From Candidatus Doudnabacteria bacterium (GTDB lineage Bacteria > Patescibacteriota > Doudnabacteria > UBA920), in the NCBI GenBank assembly GCA_023245895.1, contig JAHFJJ010000001.1, positions 7,621-71,620 on the forward strand: a stretch of DNA of 64,000 bases, given 5' to 3'. Under the pieces are notes generated by a model. That model worked only from the letters and a program-made list of their open reading frames with translations, was not told the origin of the DNA and made no database searches. Shown here in pieces: positions 43,615 through 53,041 of the stretch (positions within the stretch are counted from its first letter, which is position 1; every line of letters starts with the position of its first letter). A program made the position numbers and the translations under genes.

Positions 43615-43945
43615 AAATCTTCCTTTCTTAAAAATTAATCTTCTGATTACTCAGCGTACAATCAGCGTCCCTGTCATTACCTAGACTTCGCTCGGAGTGA
43701 CGCTGATCCTCCTAAGGCGGACTAATGGGTCAGCGAATAATCAGCGGTCATAAGATTCAAGCGCCTGGATTTTTGAGCCCCGCCAAAAGCAGGAGCTGTG
43801 TAACTGTGCAAGCCCGGTAGAGCAACGTTACAAGCTATTTATTAAAAAACCAAAAAAATATCAAACGTTTTTTAACTACCACAGTAGAATAAAGCAACTA
43901 ATTGTAACGTGATTCTACCGGGCAAGCGCATAAATCCTAAATAAT

Positions 43946-44112
43946 ACTATGGCCCCGCAATAAAGGTTTCCCACCGCAAGCAGCGGGGTATTGGAACCTA
44001 TATTAGCTCCTCGGCTCGCTCGGCTGCAAGCAGCCGGACTCGCTCTACGTCGCTAATAAAGCTAGAAGATTTCCCGCTTTTCCTCCAAGTCCCTCCGAAC
44101 TTGCGGGGCCAT
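43946..44112. ncRNA. Candidate structured RNA of about 165 nt, closed by a 12-bp terminal helix
   Basis: tggccccgcaa at the 5' end pairs with ttgcggggcca at the 3' end. Internal hairpins cccaccgcaagcagcggggt and cggctgcaagcagccg. It sits in a roughly 1 kb non-coding gap with no ORF. Identity unknown. Confidence 0.25.
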
Positions 44113-44133
44113 ATTAACAGTCAAAATTAAGCC

Positions 44134-44230
44134 CTATTCATTATCTTGGCTCATGTCTCCTTGTCCTCGATGGTCAGCCTGGCCAGACTTGCCTTGCTGG
44201 TTACCTGCCTGGTTATTGTAAATCTGCATA
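44134..44230 (-). CDS. Small Gln/Gly-rich protein of 31 aa with a strong RBS, KGG/stress-peptide-like
   Basis: GGAGAGGGG sits 8 nt upstream of the ATG. The product is MQIYNNQAGNQQGKSGQADHRGQGDMSQDNE. Confidence 0.3.
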
Positions 44231-44332
44231 TTTCTCACCCCTCTCCAAATATCTAATTAATTTTACCTAAATAACCTATCCGCTTCGTTTTGTTTTTGCC
44301 CCGGCAAAAGCCCAGGGGTTTTAGGAAGCGAA

Positions 44333-44458
44333 AAAACAAAAAATCCGAACAAATGTTTGTTCGGTTTCGCCATTGGCCTTGGCCGCCTAAATTTTATTGG
44401 CAATAAAATTTTGGTGGCCTAGCTGAAAGTTTAAGGCGACCAGATAATAACTTTCAGG
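44333..44458 (-). ncRNA. Conserved structured element, copy B, with an extra internal hairpin
   Basis: ccgaacaaatgtttgttcggtttcgccattggcc and ctgaaagtt-taaggcgaccagataat-aactttcag. See copy A. Confidence 0.4.
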
Positions 44459-44605
44459 TTACAGGCTAACAATTTATATGAAATTTTTGCTTTCTTTACT
44501 AAAGATACTCCTGTTTAAAAAAAGTGTCAAGCAAGATTTTTGCTTTTTCTTTAGGGGGATTTTTTGTTTATCCACAAAAAATAAGCGCTATGTTTAAATC
44601 GGCTT

Positions 44606-45853
44606 TTAAAAAACCAGCGTTGAAAAATAATCCTCTAAAGTTTCCGCGCGTCGAATGAGCTTATGGCTTCCGTCTTTACACAAAAGCAATTCAGCGGAAC
44701 GCAGCTTGCCATTATAATTAAAACCCATGGAGTGGCCGTGCGCGCCGGCGTCGTGAATTACTAAAATGTCTCCAATTTCTATTTTGGGAAGCCTTCTTCC
44801 CACACAGAACTTATCGTTATTCTCACATAAAGACCCTACTACATCATACACTTGAGTTTGGGGCTGGGCTTCTTTGCCTAAAATGCTAATGTGGTGGTAA
44901 GCCCCGTACATGCCGGGCCGCATTAAATTCGCCATGCACGCGTCCACGCCAACGTAGTCTTTATAAGTATGCTTTTCATGTACTACCCGCGTAACCAAAT
45001 AACCATAAGGGCCGGTAACCATGCGGCCCGATTCCGTAAAAATTTTAAGCGGCGGCAAATTGTTGTTAATAATTTTTGCTTCATACATTGAGCGGATGCC
45101 GGCAGACCATTTTTCCAAATCCACGGCCTGCTCTTCCGGTTTATAAGCTATACCAATGCCGCCTCCCAAATTTATAAACTCAAAAGTTATATTTAATTTC
45201 CCGGAAATTTCTACAACCAAATCTAAAACCGCCTCGGCTGTTTCGGCCAAAGCCTCCAGCCTAAGTTCATTGGAAACCACCATGGTATGAAGGCCAAACC
45301 TTTTTACGCCTTTGTCCCTCATTATCCTGTAACCCTCTAAAAGCTGTTCTTTGGTCATGCCGAACTTGGCCTCAGTCGGATCGCCGATAATTGAATTGCC
45401 AACGCTTTTCCTAAAAGGACCCGGATTAAAGCGAAAGCTTATTATTTCAGGCACAGGCAAGACAGATTCCAGCATAGGTATGTGGGAAATATCATCTAAA
45501 TTTATTATGGCTTTTAATTCAGCGGCCTTTGTAAACTCTTCCAAAGAAGTATTGTTGGATGTAAACATAATACCCTCTCCCCTCATGCCACACCTTTCGG
45601 CTAACACCAATTCCGCAAGTGAGCTGCAATCTACTCCCATGCCCGCCTGTTTTAAAAGGCTGATTATGTGCGGATTCGGCAAAACTTTTACCGCGAAATA
45701 ATTTTTATACGCTGACGCCCAAGAAAAAACCCCATACAACCTTCGGGCATTATCTAAAATCGCTTTTTCGTCGTAAATATAAAAAGGCGTTGGATAAGTT
45801 CTAACAATCTGTTCAATTTCTTTTTTGCCAAACGGCAATTGTTTATTGTCCAT
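44606..45853 (-). CDS. lysA: Diaminopimelate decarboxylase (Orn/DAP/Arg decarboxylase family 2)
   Basis: N-terminal TPFYIYDE. A TIM-barrel PLP region with the conserved Lys (YAVKVL?N). C-terminal ...GAYG/CEN.D.. pattern (VVGSLCENNDKF). 415 aa. A carboxynorspermidine decarboxylase cannot be fully excluded. Confidence 0.7.
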   Translation of the reverse strand: MDNKQLPFGKKEIEQIVRTYPTPFYIYDEKAILDNARRLYGVFSWASAYKNYFAVKVLPNPHIISLLKQAGMGVDCSSLAELVLAERCGMRGEGIMFTSNNTSLEEFTKAAELKAIINLDDISHIPMLESVLPVPEIISFRFNPGPFRKSVGNSIIGDPTEAKFGMTKEQLLEGYRIMRDKGVKRFGLHTMVVSNELRLEALAETAEAVLDLVVEISGKLNITFEFINLGGGIGIAYKPEEQAVDLEKWSAGIRSMYEAKIINNNLPPLKIFTESGRMVTGPYGYLVTRVVHEKHTYKDYVGVDACMANLMRPGMYGAYHHISILGKEAQPQTQVYDVVGSLCENNDKFCVGRRLPKIEIGDILVIHDAGAHGHSMGFNYNGKLRSAELLLCKDGSHKLIRRAETLEDYFSTLVF

Positions 45854-45930
45854 AAATTTTTATATAGATAAGAATAGTGGCGGGGATTGGCAGTCTCCCC
45901 GCCGGTATACCACATTCCTTACTACCTCCT

Positions 45931-47250
45931 TCAATTTTGTTTAGGATAGAACTTCCTAAACTTTCCGTAAATTGCCCGAATCGCGTTTTGCCACTGGCTT
46001 TCATCAACCCCAACTATTACGTTAGCCTGCCGAAAGTCCTGGCTAATCATACGAACCTTAATTCCCTCGTTAGCCAAAGCTTCTGCAATGTCAGCTAGGC
46101 TACGAGTATAGTTGGCCATACCGAATCCCACAATAGTAACTAAAGCAATCCCATTAGAAACTTCCACGGGATTTCCGGGGGTTATGGCCTGCAGCCGCTC
46201 AAGCACTCTATCTGTTTTATCACAAAGTTTATCCTTATGAACGACTACAGATAAAGTATCAGTCCCGGTCGGAAAATGCTCTACTGAAACTCCGAGGTCG
46301 CGGAAAACGCAAAATACGCTGGCGGCAAAACCCGTTTGGTCATGAAGACCCGGCATAGCCAAATTAAAACGTACGAACCCTGCCTTGCCCGCTATGCCCG
46401 CAACAACTTCTGGTCCAGGCTCTCTCTCAAACCGGATTATGCTGCCAAGGTCATTGGGTTTGTTGGTGTCGGCTATGCGTATTTGGACGCCTCTTACCCT
46501 TGCCGGCTCAATCGCGTCTGCGTGCAAAACACTAGCCCCTAAATAAGCAAGCTCCCGTATTTCACGGAAAGTAATGCTCCGAATTATAGCGGCATCTGGT
46601 ACAATCCTGGGGTCGGCTACCCTCAACGGTGTATCGGACCAATTCTCATACAAATCTGCGGCAAGAGCTCCGGCCACAATTGCGCCGGTAATGTCCGATC
46701 CGTTCCTTGGAAAGGCCTTTACTGCTTCTCCCTGTCTACCATAGAAGCCGGGAACAATATATCCATTGGACCCATTGCAACGCTCCGCAATTTTTTCGTA
46801 AGTTACAGGGTGGACTTGGCCGTGGTGGCCAAAAAAGATGAGCTGGTCTGCGTCGACAAACTCGAAATCCATGTATTGTGCCATAAGCAGCCCGCAAAGG
46901 TACTCGCCCCGGCTGACCACGAAGTCGTAAGTTGCCTTCTTTGACCGGATTTGCTTTTCAATCGTGGCAAAATACGCCGGAAGATCAAGCCTCAACTTCA
47001 GGTCCGCAGCAATTTCCACAAAACGCTCCGTAACAGCCTTCCATGGTCCTGACCAGTCTTGACTGACCCTTCTTGAGTCCCAAACTTTAACAAGGAAATC
47101 CGTTACCTTGTCCGGATGCGCCTCATCTTTGCCCGGGGCTGACACCACTATAAACCGACGACTTGGATCATCCCGGACAATTGCGGCAATTTTCCTAAAC
47201 TGTACTGCGTTGGCAGTCGACGACCCTCCAAACTTGCATACTTTCTTCAT
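45931..47250 (-). CDS. lysC: Aspartate kinase
   Basis: N-terminal KFGGSS, an amino-acid kinase fold, C-terminal ACT-like regions. 439 aa. Adjacent to lysA. Confidence 0.8.
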   Translation of the reverse strand: MKKVCKFGGSSTANAVQFRKIAAIVRDDPSRRFIVVSAPGKDEAHPDKVTDFLVKVWDSRRVSQDWSGPWKAVTERFVEIAADLKLRLDLPAYFATIEKQIRSKKATYDFVVSRGEYLCGLLMAQYMDFEFVDADQLIFFGHHGQVHPVTYEKIAERCNGSNGYIVPGFYGRQGEAVKAFPRNGSDITGAIVAGALAADLYENWSDTPLRVADPRIVPDAAIIRSITFREIRELAYLGASVLHADAIEPARVRGVQIRIADTNKPNDLGSIIRFEREPGPEVVAGIAGKAGFVRFNLAMPGLHDQTGFAASVFCVFRDLGVSVEHFPTGTDTLSVVVHKDKLCDKTDRVLERLQAITPGNPVEVSNGIALVTIVGFGMANYTRSLADIAEALANEGIKVRMISQDFRQANVIVGVDESQWQNAIRAIYGKFRKFYPKQN

Positions 47251-47385
47251 TCCTTAATCCTCCTTAAAAATTTCTGCCTTAGCGGCATTTGGCTGAGGGT
47301 TTACTTAAGCCCGCAAACAAATTCCGCCAATCATCCGCCTCAGGCGGACTATCTTCTATAATATAAATTAAGATAAATAGAAAAA

Positions 47386-47420
47386 CGCCACCCGGCTGGG
47401 GTGGCGCTTTAAAGTTTTTA
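47386..47420. terminator. Bidirectional terminator
   Basis: aaaaacgccaccc-ggct-ggggtggcgcttt flanked by an A-run and a T-run. Confidence 0.65.
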
Positions 47421-47589
47421 GACAAACTAAAGCATTACCGCCTCAAACGGGTGGAAATGCTCTTCTTAGCGAATTGTGAGAATTGCGCGTTCATCTTATT
47501 TTTTATTCCTGGCGATTAAAGTGGGCAAAGCTAAAAGAATAAATCCTAAGACTACTACAGCAATGGTTAAATATCCTATTAACATATTT

Positions 47590-47808
47590 TTATTTAGCCT
47601 TAATTAATACCAAACTACAAACAAAACAAAAAATAGCAACAAGGATTCCAAAGAACAAGAGCAATATATTAAACCTGTCAAAAATGGCGGGTAAGACTAT
47701 GGAAGCTATGCACACTAGGCCTAAATCTGCAGTAATATCGGACAATTTTTGCAGTTGTTCAGAAGACAAACGTATGTCTTTGTATTTATTATACCTTATT
47801 CGGAACAT
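47590..47808 (-). CDS. Small membrane protein, 72 aa with 2 TM helices
   Basis: Hydrophobic ORF. Confidence 0.3.
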   Translation of the reverse strand: MFRIRYNKYKDIRLSSEQLQKLSDITADLGLVCIASIVLPAIFDRFNILLLFFGILVAIFCFVCSLVLIKAK

Positions 47809-47823
47809 ATGTCAAATGTAACT

Positions 47824-49338
47824 CTAAATTGAATTTAAGTCAACCGTCTCATCAATCCGAATTTGCGAAACAAAATCAGGAATATGGGAGACCATTAACA
47901 TTGCGCCTTGGTATTCGTCCAATGCTTTGGCGATGATGGGAAGATGGCGGAAGTTTATGTGGTTGGTGGGTTCATCTAATATCAGCAACCCCGGTTTCAT
48001 TAAGACTAACCTGCAAAAAGATAGTAACCCTTTTTGCCCTTCGGACAAAGCGGCAATCGGATGGTCTAAAAGTTTGCCGTCGATTAAAAAGCCCGCAGCG
48101 GTGGCGCGTAAATGGTGCTCGTCAAACTTTTCCATAACTTCTTTTAGCGCGTCAAAGGCTTTTTGTTCAAAGTCAAAATTGCTGAAGTCCTGTTTGTAGT
48201 AGCCTATTTTTATGCCTTTGGCGATTGCGAAACCATCAGAAGTTAAGGGATTCCTCGGCTCGGATGCACTCGCCTCGGAATGACGGGGAAAGGTGGAAGC
48301 GATTTTTTCAAGTAAAGTTGATTTGCCAATGCCATTAGGTCCGCTGATGATGATATGGGTATTTTTGCGGACGACCAACTCCAGCTCTTTTGTTATCGGC
48401 TGATGATTTTTGAGCGCCGATATTGAATTGAATTCCATTATCTTTCCGTCAAAAAATTTATCAAACTCCTGGCAAGGCATAACAAATTCGCGGATGGTTC
48501 TGTCTTCCTGCCTAACTTCCACAATATTTTCCTCGGCTTCTTCCGCCGCCTCGCGCATGCGTTTGGCAACCGCGCGAAGCTTGCCGCCTTTGTGGGCAAA
48601 AACTTCCGCCTGGCTTCGCTTTTCTTTAATTTCCATTTGCATACGCGCGTTCTGCAAATTTTCTCTCTCTATTCGATTTTTAATTTCTTCAACTACATCG
48701 TAATAGTTGCCGGAATACTGTTCAACCTTATGAGTAAAGACATCTAAATACAAAACGCCGTCAGAAAAAGCGTTTAAAAAATCCGCGTCGTGGGAAATTA
48801 CAATTACGGTTTTTTCATACATCATTAAAAAACCGGTTAAATGCTCTATGCCCTGCTGGTCTAAATTGTTGGTGGGCTCGTCCAGCAAAAGAATGTCGGG
48901 ATTTTGGATTAAAGCGTGCGCCAAAAGCAACCTAGCCTGCTGTCCGCCCGATAAAGCTTTTACCTGCCTGTCCAAAGGCAAATCCACATTTACAACCTCA
49001 AAAACATCTTTAATCAGCTTGTCCAAATTATATTTCTTTTCCGTAAACGCCGTGGCAAAATAATCCCTGACGGTTAATTCCAAAACATCCAAAGGCATAA
49101 CCTGGCGCGCAATGGCAATACTGGCATCCCTTGGCGTGCGGTGAACATCTCCCGATGTCGGCTTAAGCTCGCCGGTTATCATTTTAAAAAGGGAAGATTT
49201 CCCCGCGCCGTTCTGTCCCATTAAAGTTATCCGGCTTCCGGTGCGCACGGAAAAACTCGCCTCATCTAAAATGTGCTTATTATGGCCGTATTCAAAACTG
49301 ACATCGGAAAATCTAAGTATGACGCTGTCGTTTGGCAT
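47824..49338 (-). CDS. ABC-F family ATPase (two ABC domains, no TM region), carrying a partial family-B palindromic element in frame
   Basis: Two Walker A motifs (GQNGAGKSSL; GPNGIGKSTL), two ABC signature motifs (LSGGQQ; LSEGQK) and D-loops. 504 aa. Residues FPRHSEASASEPRNPLTSD are encoded by 48252-48287, which matches the family-B core tcggatgcactcg. Confidence 0.85.
   Translation of the reverse strand: MPNDSVILRFSDVSFEYGHNKHILDEASFSVRTGSRITLMGQNGAGKSSLFKMITGELKPTSGDVHRTPRDASIAIARQVMPLDVLELTVRDYFATAFTEKKYNLDKLIKDVFEVVNVDLPLDRQVKALSGGQQARLLLAHALIQNPDILLLDEPTNNLDQQGIEHLTGFLMMYEKTVIVISHDADFLNAFSDGVLYLDVFTHKVEQYSGNYYDVVEEIKNRIERENLQNARMQMEIKEKRSQAEVFAHKGGKLRAVAKRMREAAEEAEENIVEVRQEDRTIREFVMPCQEFDKFFDGKIMEFNSISALKNHQPITKELELVVRKNTHIIISGPNGIGKSTLLEKIASTFPRHSEASASEPRNPLTSDGFAIAKGIKIGYYKQDFSNFDFEQKAFDALKEVMEKFDEHHLRATAAGFLIDGKLLDHPIAALSEGQKGLLSFCRLVLMKPGLLILDEPTNHINFRHLPIIAKALDEYQGAMLMVSHIPDFVSQIRIDETVDLNSI
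48252..48287. repeat. Partial family-B palindromic element inside the ABC-F ORF
   Basis: cctcggctcggatgcactcgcctcggaatgacg compared with the family-B right half cttcggatgcactcgcgatgaca. Confidence 0.55.
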
Positions 49339-49486
49339 GGAGTTAAAAAATCCCCGCCCGGGGATAAAATTTACCTATGTATTATACTTTTATTTTGTCG
49401 TCGCGTCAATGGATTGGAAGTCATTTTTTAAAAAACAATAGGGCAGAATCCTTACGGATCCCGCCCTTAAAGCTTTTCGATTCGGC

Positions 49487-50230
49487 CTACTGAACGAGTC
49501 GAGCAAAAGCCCCTTTGGATTTGGTTCTCATCTCTTCCAGGAAGACCCTGCTTGTCAGAGGTACATAACCATTTCGTGTCCTAACCCAGAGTTGTCCGAG
49601 GTCAGACATGCTGGCGCCCTGTTGCCCCATAAGCCTTACAGGAGTTTGCCTAGTCCTTCGCAGAAGTTTAAATGGAACGAAACGGCGGATTTGGCCTCCA
49701 ACGACAATCATCCCAATGTCGAATGCAAGCCACAGTTCGATTGACCCACTTAATCCACCGCATAATGCTTTTACTGCGGCTTCATACCTTTTTATGGGCA
49801 CAAAATTGAGGCCAGAAAGGAATCGCAGAAAATAGAGCTCCGTGTCACTCGGTCTTGCAGAGGCTTCGGTGTGCAGGGCGTGAACAGCCTGTTCAAAAGC
49901 GTTCACAACTCCGGCATTTCGATACTCTGTTAAGAGGCCGCCAAATTCCTTTTTAATCCTGACTCCCGGATCAGCCGCCTCCTTGACCGGCAGTACTTCA
50001 ACTTCCAAAATTTTTATCTCCAAATGAAGCTGAAGAACCGCGCTACAATGCGGGCAGTCCATGCACTCGCTGCGCTCAAAGTTTTCCTCTTCGGGGAGTC
50101 TTGGGCTGCGTATTTCAAATTCTTCCAACTTAAACGTTTTTCGGATTTGAACTTTTTTGAGAAAAGCCAGCTCGTTTTTGCAATTGGGACAAACCACCGA
50201 CTGACGAAAGGTAGTGTTTTGTTCGCTCAT
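49487..50230 (-). CDS. Hypothetical protein with an N-terminal zinc ribbon
   Basis: CPNCKN...CMDCPHC, a four-Cys ribbon. The C-terminal 150 aa have no recognised family. Confidence 0.4.
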   Translation of the reverse strand: MSEQNTTFRQSVVCPNCKNELAFLKKVQIRKTFKLEEFEIRSPRLPEEENFERSECMDCPHCSAVLQLHLEIKILEVEVLPVKEAADPGVRIKKEFGGLLTEYRNAGVVNAFEQAVHALHTEASARPSDTELYFLRFLSGLNFVPIKRYEAAVKALCGGLSGSIELWLAFDIGMIVVGGQIRRFVPFKLLRRTRQTPVRLMGQQGASMSDLGQLWVRTRNGYVPLTSRVFLEEMRTKSKGAFARLVQ

Positions 50231-50291
50231 GTTCCTCCTTTTGAAAGATTATACTACATTAAAAAGGAAGGGGTTGCAAATGGACGTATAA

Positions 50292-50325
50292 CAAAACAAC
50301 CCTGCTTTTAAAAAGCAGGGTTGTT
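50292..50325. terminator. Terminator hairpin
   Basis: aacaaccctgc-ttttaaaa-gcagggttgtt. Confidence 0.5.
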
Positions 50326-50545
50326 CATAAGTTTTAAATTTAGGATGTCTTAATGGCGGCTTTTAAATTGACCCGGGCTTTTTCCGCAGCCGTATGGAAG
50401 TCGTCCATGGCTTTTTTAACCGCCGCGTTGCGGGTCTGCGCCAAAGCACTAATTTGCGGACCGGCCTTTGTCTATAGCTTTGCGGTCAGCTACAAGCTGG
50501 GTTACGGCAGTTTTAATAAAGCGAGAAATTATAAGCTTTGTTTCA

Positions 50546-51001
50546 CTAAGCCAAATTCACTTCTTGGCCGCAAAAGGCGCAACGTTTGGCCAAAACAGGA
50601 ATTTCACTTAGGCACTCCGGGCATTTTTTTGTTTGCCCTGAACCGGAGGAATTTGATGACGACTGGTTCGGGGTGGTTGGGTCAGACTCTTTGCGGAGCC
50701 TGGCAAGGAAAAGGTTCATGGGCGTAATGACAAAAAAATAGACCACGGAGGCAATGAGTACAAAAGAAATTAGGGCGTTTAAAAAATCCCCGTACAAAAA
50801 TTGGCTGTCGTTTATGCTAAACGACAAATTGGAAAAATCCGAAGTATTTATAATCGCGCCGATGATTGGCGTTATTAAATCTTTAACCAGCGAATTCACT
50901 ACATTGGAAAACCCCGCGCCAATAACAACACCAACCGCCAAATCTATGGCATTACCGCGTAAAATAAATTTTTTAAACCCGCTTAATGTATCTTTTATCA
51001 T
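50546..51001 (-). CDS. mscL: Large-conductance mechanosensitive channel with a C-terminal zinc-ribbon extension
   Basis: The N-terminus GFKKFILRGNAIDLAVGVVIGAGF is a near-consensus MscL. A Ser-rich linker follows, then CPECLSEIPVLAKRCAFCGQ. Confidence 0.8.
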   Translation of the reverse strand: MIKDTLSGFKKFILRGNAIDLAVGVVIGAGFSNVVNSLVKDLITPIIGAIINTSDFSNLSFSINDSQFLYGDFLNALISFVLIASVVYFFVITPMNLFLARLRKESDPTTPNQSSSNSSGSGQTKKCPECLSEIPVLAKRCAFCGQEVNLA

Positions 51002-51130
51002 AATATCCTTAGCTTAATACTTATTACATAAAGAAGCAAGATCCAAGAATCAAGAAGCGGAAAAATTTAAATATTCAAACCTTGGTTCTTTTTTGGTTCT
51101 TGCAATCTTGATTCTTGGTTCTTATTATTG

Positions 51131-52468
51131 TTATTTACCCAAGTCAGCAATATCATCTTCATACTTCTTAGCCGTGGCCATTACACTATCCCCGTAAAAA
51201 CGGTACTTCACATTGGTGCCGCCGGAAAAATAGCGCATCGCAGCGTTCCACTCGCCCTGGTAAGTGCCGTCCGCGCCGCCGGCGCTAAGCTTAATGGCTG
51301 AAGCTAAAAACGCGTCGCGGATGTCCCAGGGGTTCGCGGCTTTGCCGGTTATGGCCGTCACTTTGTCTTTATAGCCCATCCAGGTAGATGGGATAAATTG
51401 CGCCGGCCCCATGGCTCCGCCCCAGCCCGACTGGTTGCCGTTCCTGTCTTTTAAAGGGCAAGACACCGGCGTCACTTCCGGGTCAAGCCCGAGCTCGGCA
51501 GTAATTTGCAAAAACGGCTGGATGTCGCGGTCGGGCTTCATTACAACTTTATAACTTTTGTTTGGCGGGTCGCCGGGACGGTTGCAGGTGCCTACGTTTT
51601 TGCCTAAGTTTGATTCTTGAGTAAGAATTGCCAGCAAAAATGCCGGCCTGATACCCGTAGATTGCTGGGCCCACTGCGCAATTTTAAGCGCCTCGCCAAA
51701 AGTAATTTGCGAACTAATACCTAAAAGCTGGTAAATGCGGCCCTGGATTTCCGCGGCCTGCCGCTTAGTATCGTTAAGCGTAATTTGGTAATCTGCCTCA
51801 CGGCCCTTAGTCTGCTGGAGCAAAACATTCTGCTGGCCAACAGTATCTGCAAGCTGGGCCTGTTGCAAAACTTTTATTGACAATAAATTTTCCGCGTCTT
51901 CCTGCTGGCCGGTCAGCTCTTCCTGTTGTTTGGCCAATGCAATGTTGGACTCTCTTATTTCCCCAACTAAGGCAGACAAATTTTCGGAGACTTTTTGGTA
52001 ATCGTAATAGGCGTTAAAGATGTCGGACAATTGTTTCTTGGAAACTACGGTGTATAAAAATGGGTAGGAATCACCTTCACTTATTCTCCTAATTACTTCC
52101 GCCACCTTAACTTTTAACTGCTGGGCGTGTTCAATATTTTGGCTAATGGACTGCTTGGTTTCATTAATTTGCCCGCCCAAAGCCGTGACTTGCAAATTAG
52201 TCTGCTTAATTTGCAAATTTAAAACGCTCTGCTGTTTTTTTAAAACTTTAATTTTATTGGCCAGGGTATTTTTTTCCGCCTGGGTCTGGGCCAATTGGCC
52301 CTGGAACAGGGCTATTTGGTTCTGGATTTCCAAAAGCTGTTGCTGCAATTGCGCCTGTTGGACAACTCTATCAGCTTGTTCGTCGGCAAAAATTGTTCCC
52401 GGATAACACAAAAAGCTTAAATAAGCGACTATAACAATACTTATAGAAAACTTTTTCCAAATTTCCAT
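51131..52468 (-). CDS. Secreted coiled-coil protein with a C-terminal lytic transglycosylase (SLT_2/MltB-like) domain
   Basis: Signal peptide, then about 200 aa of Gln-rich coiled coil. The C-terminal LAILTQESNLG ... GAMGPAQFIPSTW is the SLT catalytic-Glu and substrate-binding signature. Confidence 0.7.
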   Translation of the reverse strand: MEIWKKFSISIVIVAYLSFLCYPGTIFADEQADRVVQQAQLQQQLLEIQNQIALFQGQLAQTQAEKNTLANKIKVLKKQQSVLNLQIKQTNLQVTALGGQINETKQSISQNIEHAQQLKVKVAEVIRRISEGDSYPFLYTVVSKKQLSDIFNAYYDYQKVSENLSALVGEIRESNIALAKQQEELTGQQEDAENLLSIKVLQQAQLADTVGQQNVLLQQTKGREADYQITLNDTKRQAAEIQGRIYQLLGISSQITFGEALKIAQWAQQSTGIRPAFLLAILTQESNLGKNVGTCNRPGDPPNKSYKVVMKPDRDIQPFLQITAELGLDPEVTPVSCPLKDRNGNQSGWGGAMGPAQFIPSTWMGYKDKVTAITGKAANPWDIRDAFLASAIKLSAGGADGTYQGEWNAAMRYFSGGTNVKYRFYGDSVMATAKKYEDDIADLGK

Positions 52469-52825
52469 ATTTTAATCATACCATAAGTATACGAACCTAT
52501 AAACGATAAACCCCCTCGTCCTAAAATGGATGGAGGGGGTTTACCCTAAGGTAGCTTTTCCCATATGCGATTTTCTCGTTTTCTACTTAATTGTAGAGGT
52601 CAGGTTTAGCACCTGTAGGCTCTTCGCTGCTTTGGAAAAGCTACCTGTCCGTAACCTGTTAATCATCTATGGCGTTCCTTTCTAATTAAATGTTACGCCT
52701 GCTAAAATTCCGGGTCAAGCAAGTTATCCACTTTATCCGATTTTTTAGCGTAAGATGAAGCAAAAACAAAATTCCGCCCTTTTTTAAGGGTGGAATTTTG
52801 AACACGCCGCAAGCTATATATAAAA

Positions 52826-53020
52826 TTATTTTCTAGTTGCAGCAATGGCTGTTTGTAATTTTACTATCAGACTTTCAACAGTAGATCGCGAATTGGGATA
52901 TGCTTTAAAATAATTCACCAAAGATCTTTCTGTAAAGCCATTTAATCCCATTAGCTTAGTGTTTATATCTTCTACTAACTCTCTATCCATACTTTCTTGA
53001 GAAACTTGCGGATAATCCAT
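52826..53020 (-). CDS. Small hypothetical protein, 64 aa
   Basis: ORF only, downstream of rpoD. Confidence 0.25.
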   Translation of the reverse strand: MDYPQVSQESMDRELVEDINTKLMGLNGFTERSLVNYFKAYPNSRSTVESLIVKLQTAIAATRK

Positions 53021-53041
53021 ATAATTAATCCTTTTTTAAAT

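Noticed and set aside
43946-44112. Assignment of the structured segment to SRP RNA, 6S RNA, tmRNA or RNase P
   Set aside because: By eye it lacks the tmRNA ends, the RNase P GGAAAGUCCGG block and the canonical SRP helix-8 motif. It is left as an unnamed candidate.
50353-50727. 124 aa ORF on the plus strand
   Set aside because: It overlaps the 3' part of the mscL gene on the opposite strand. It has no motif, and mscL is strongly supported.
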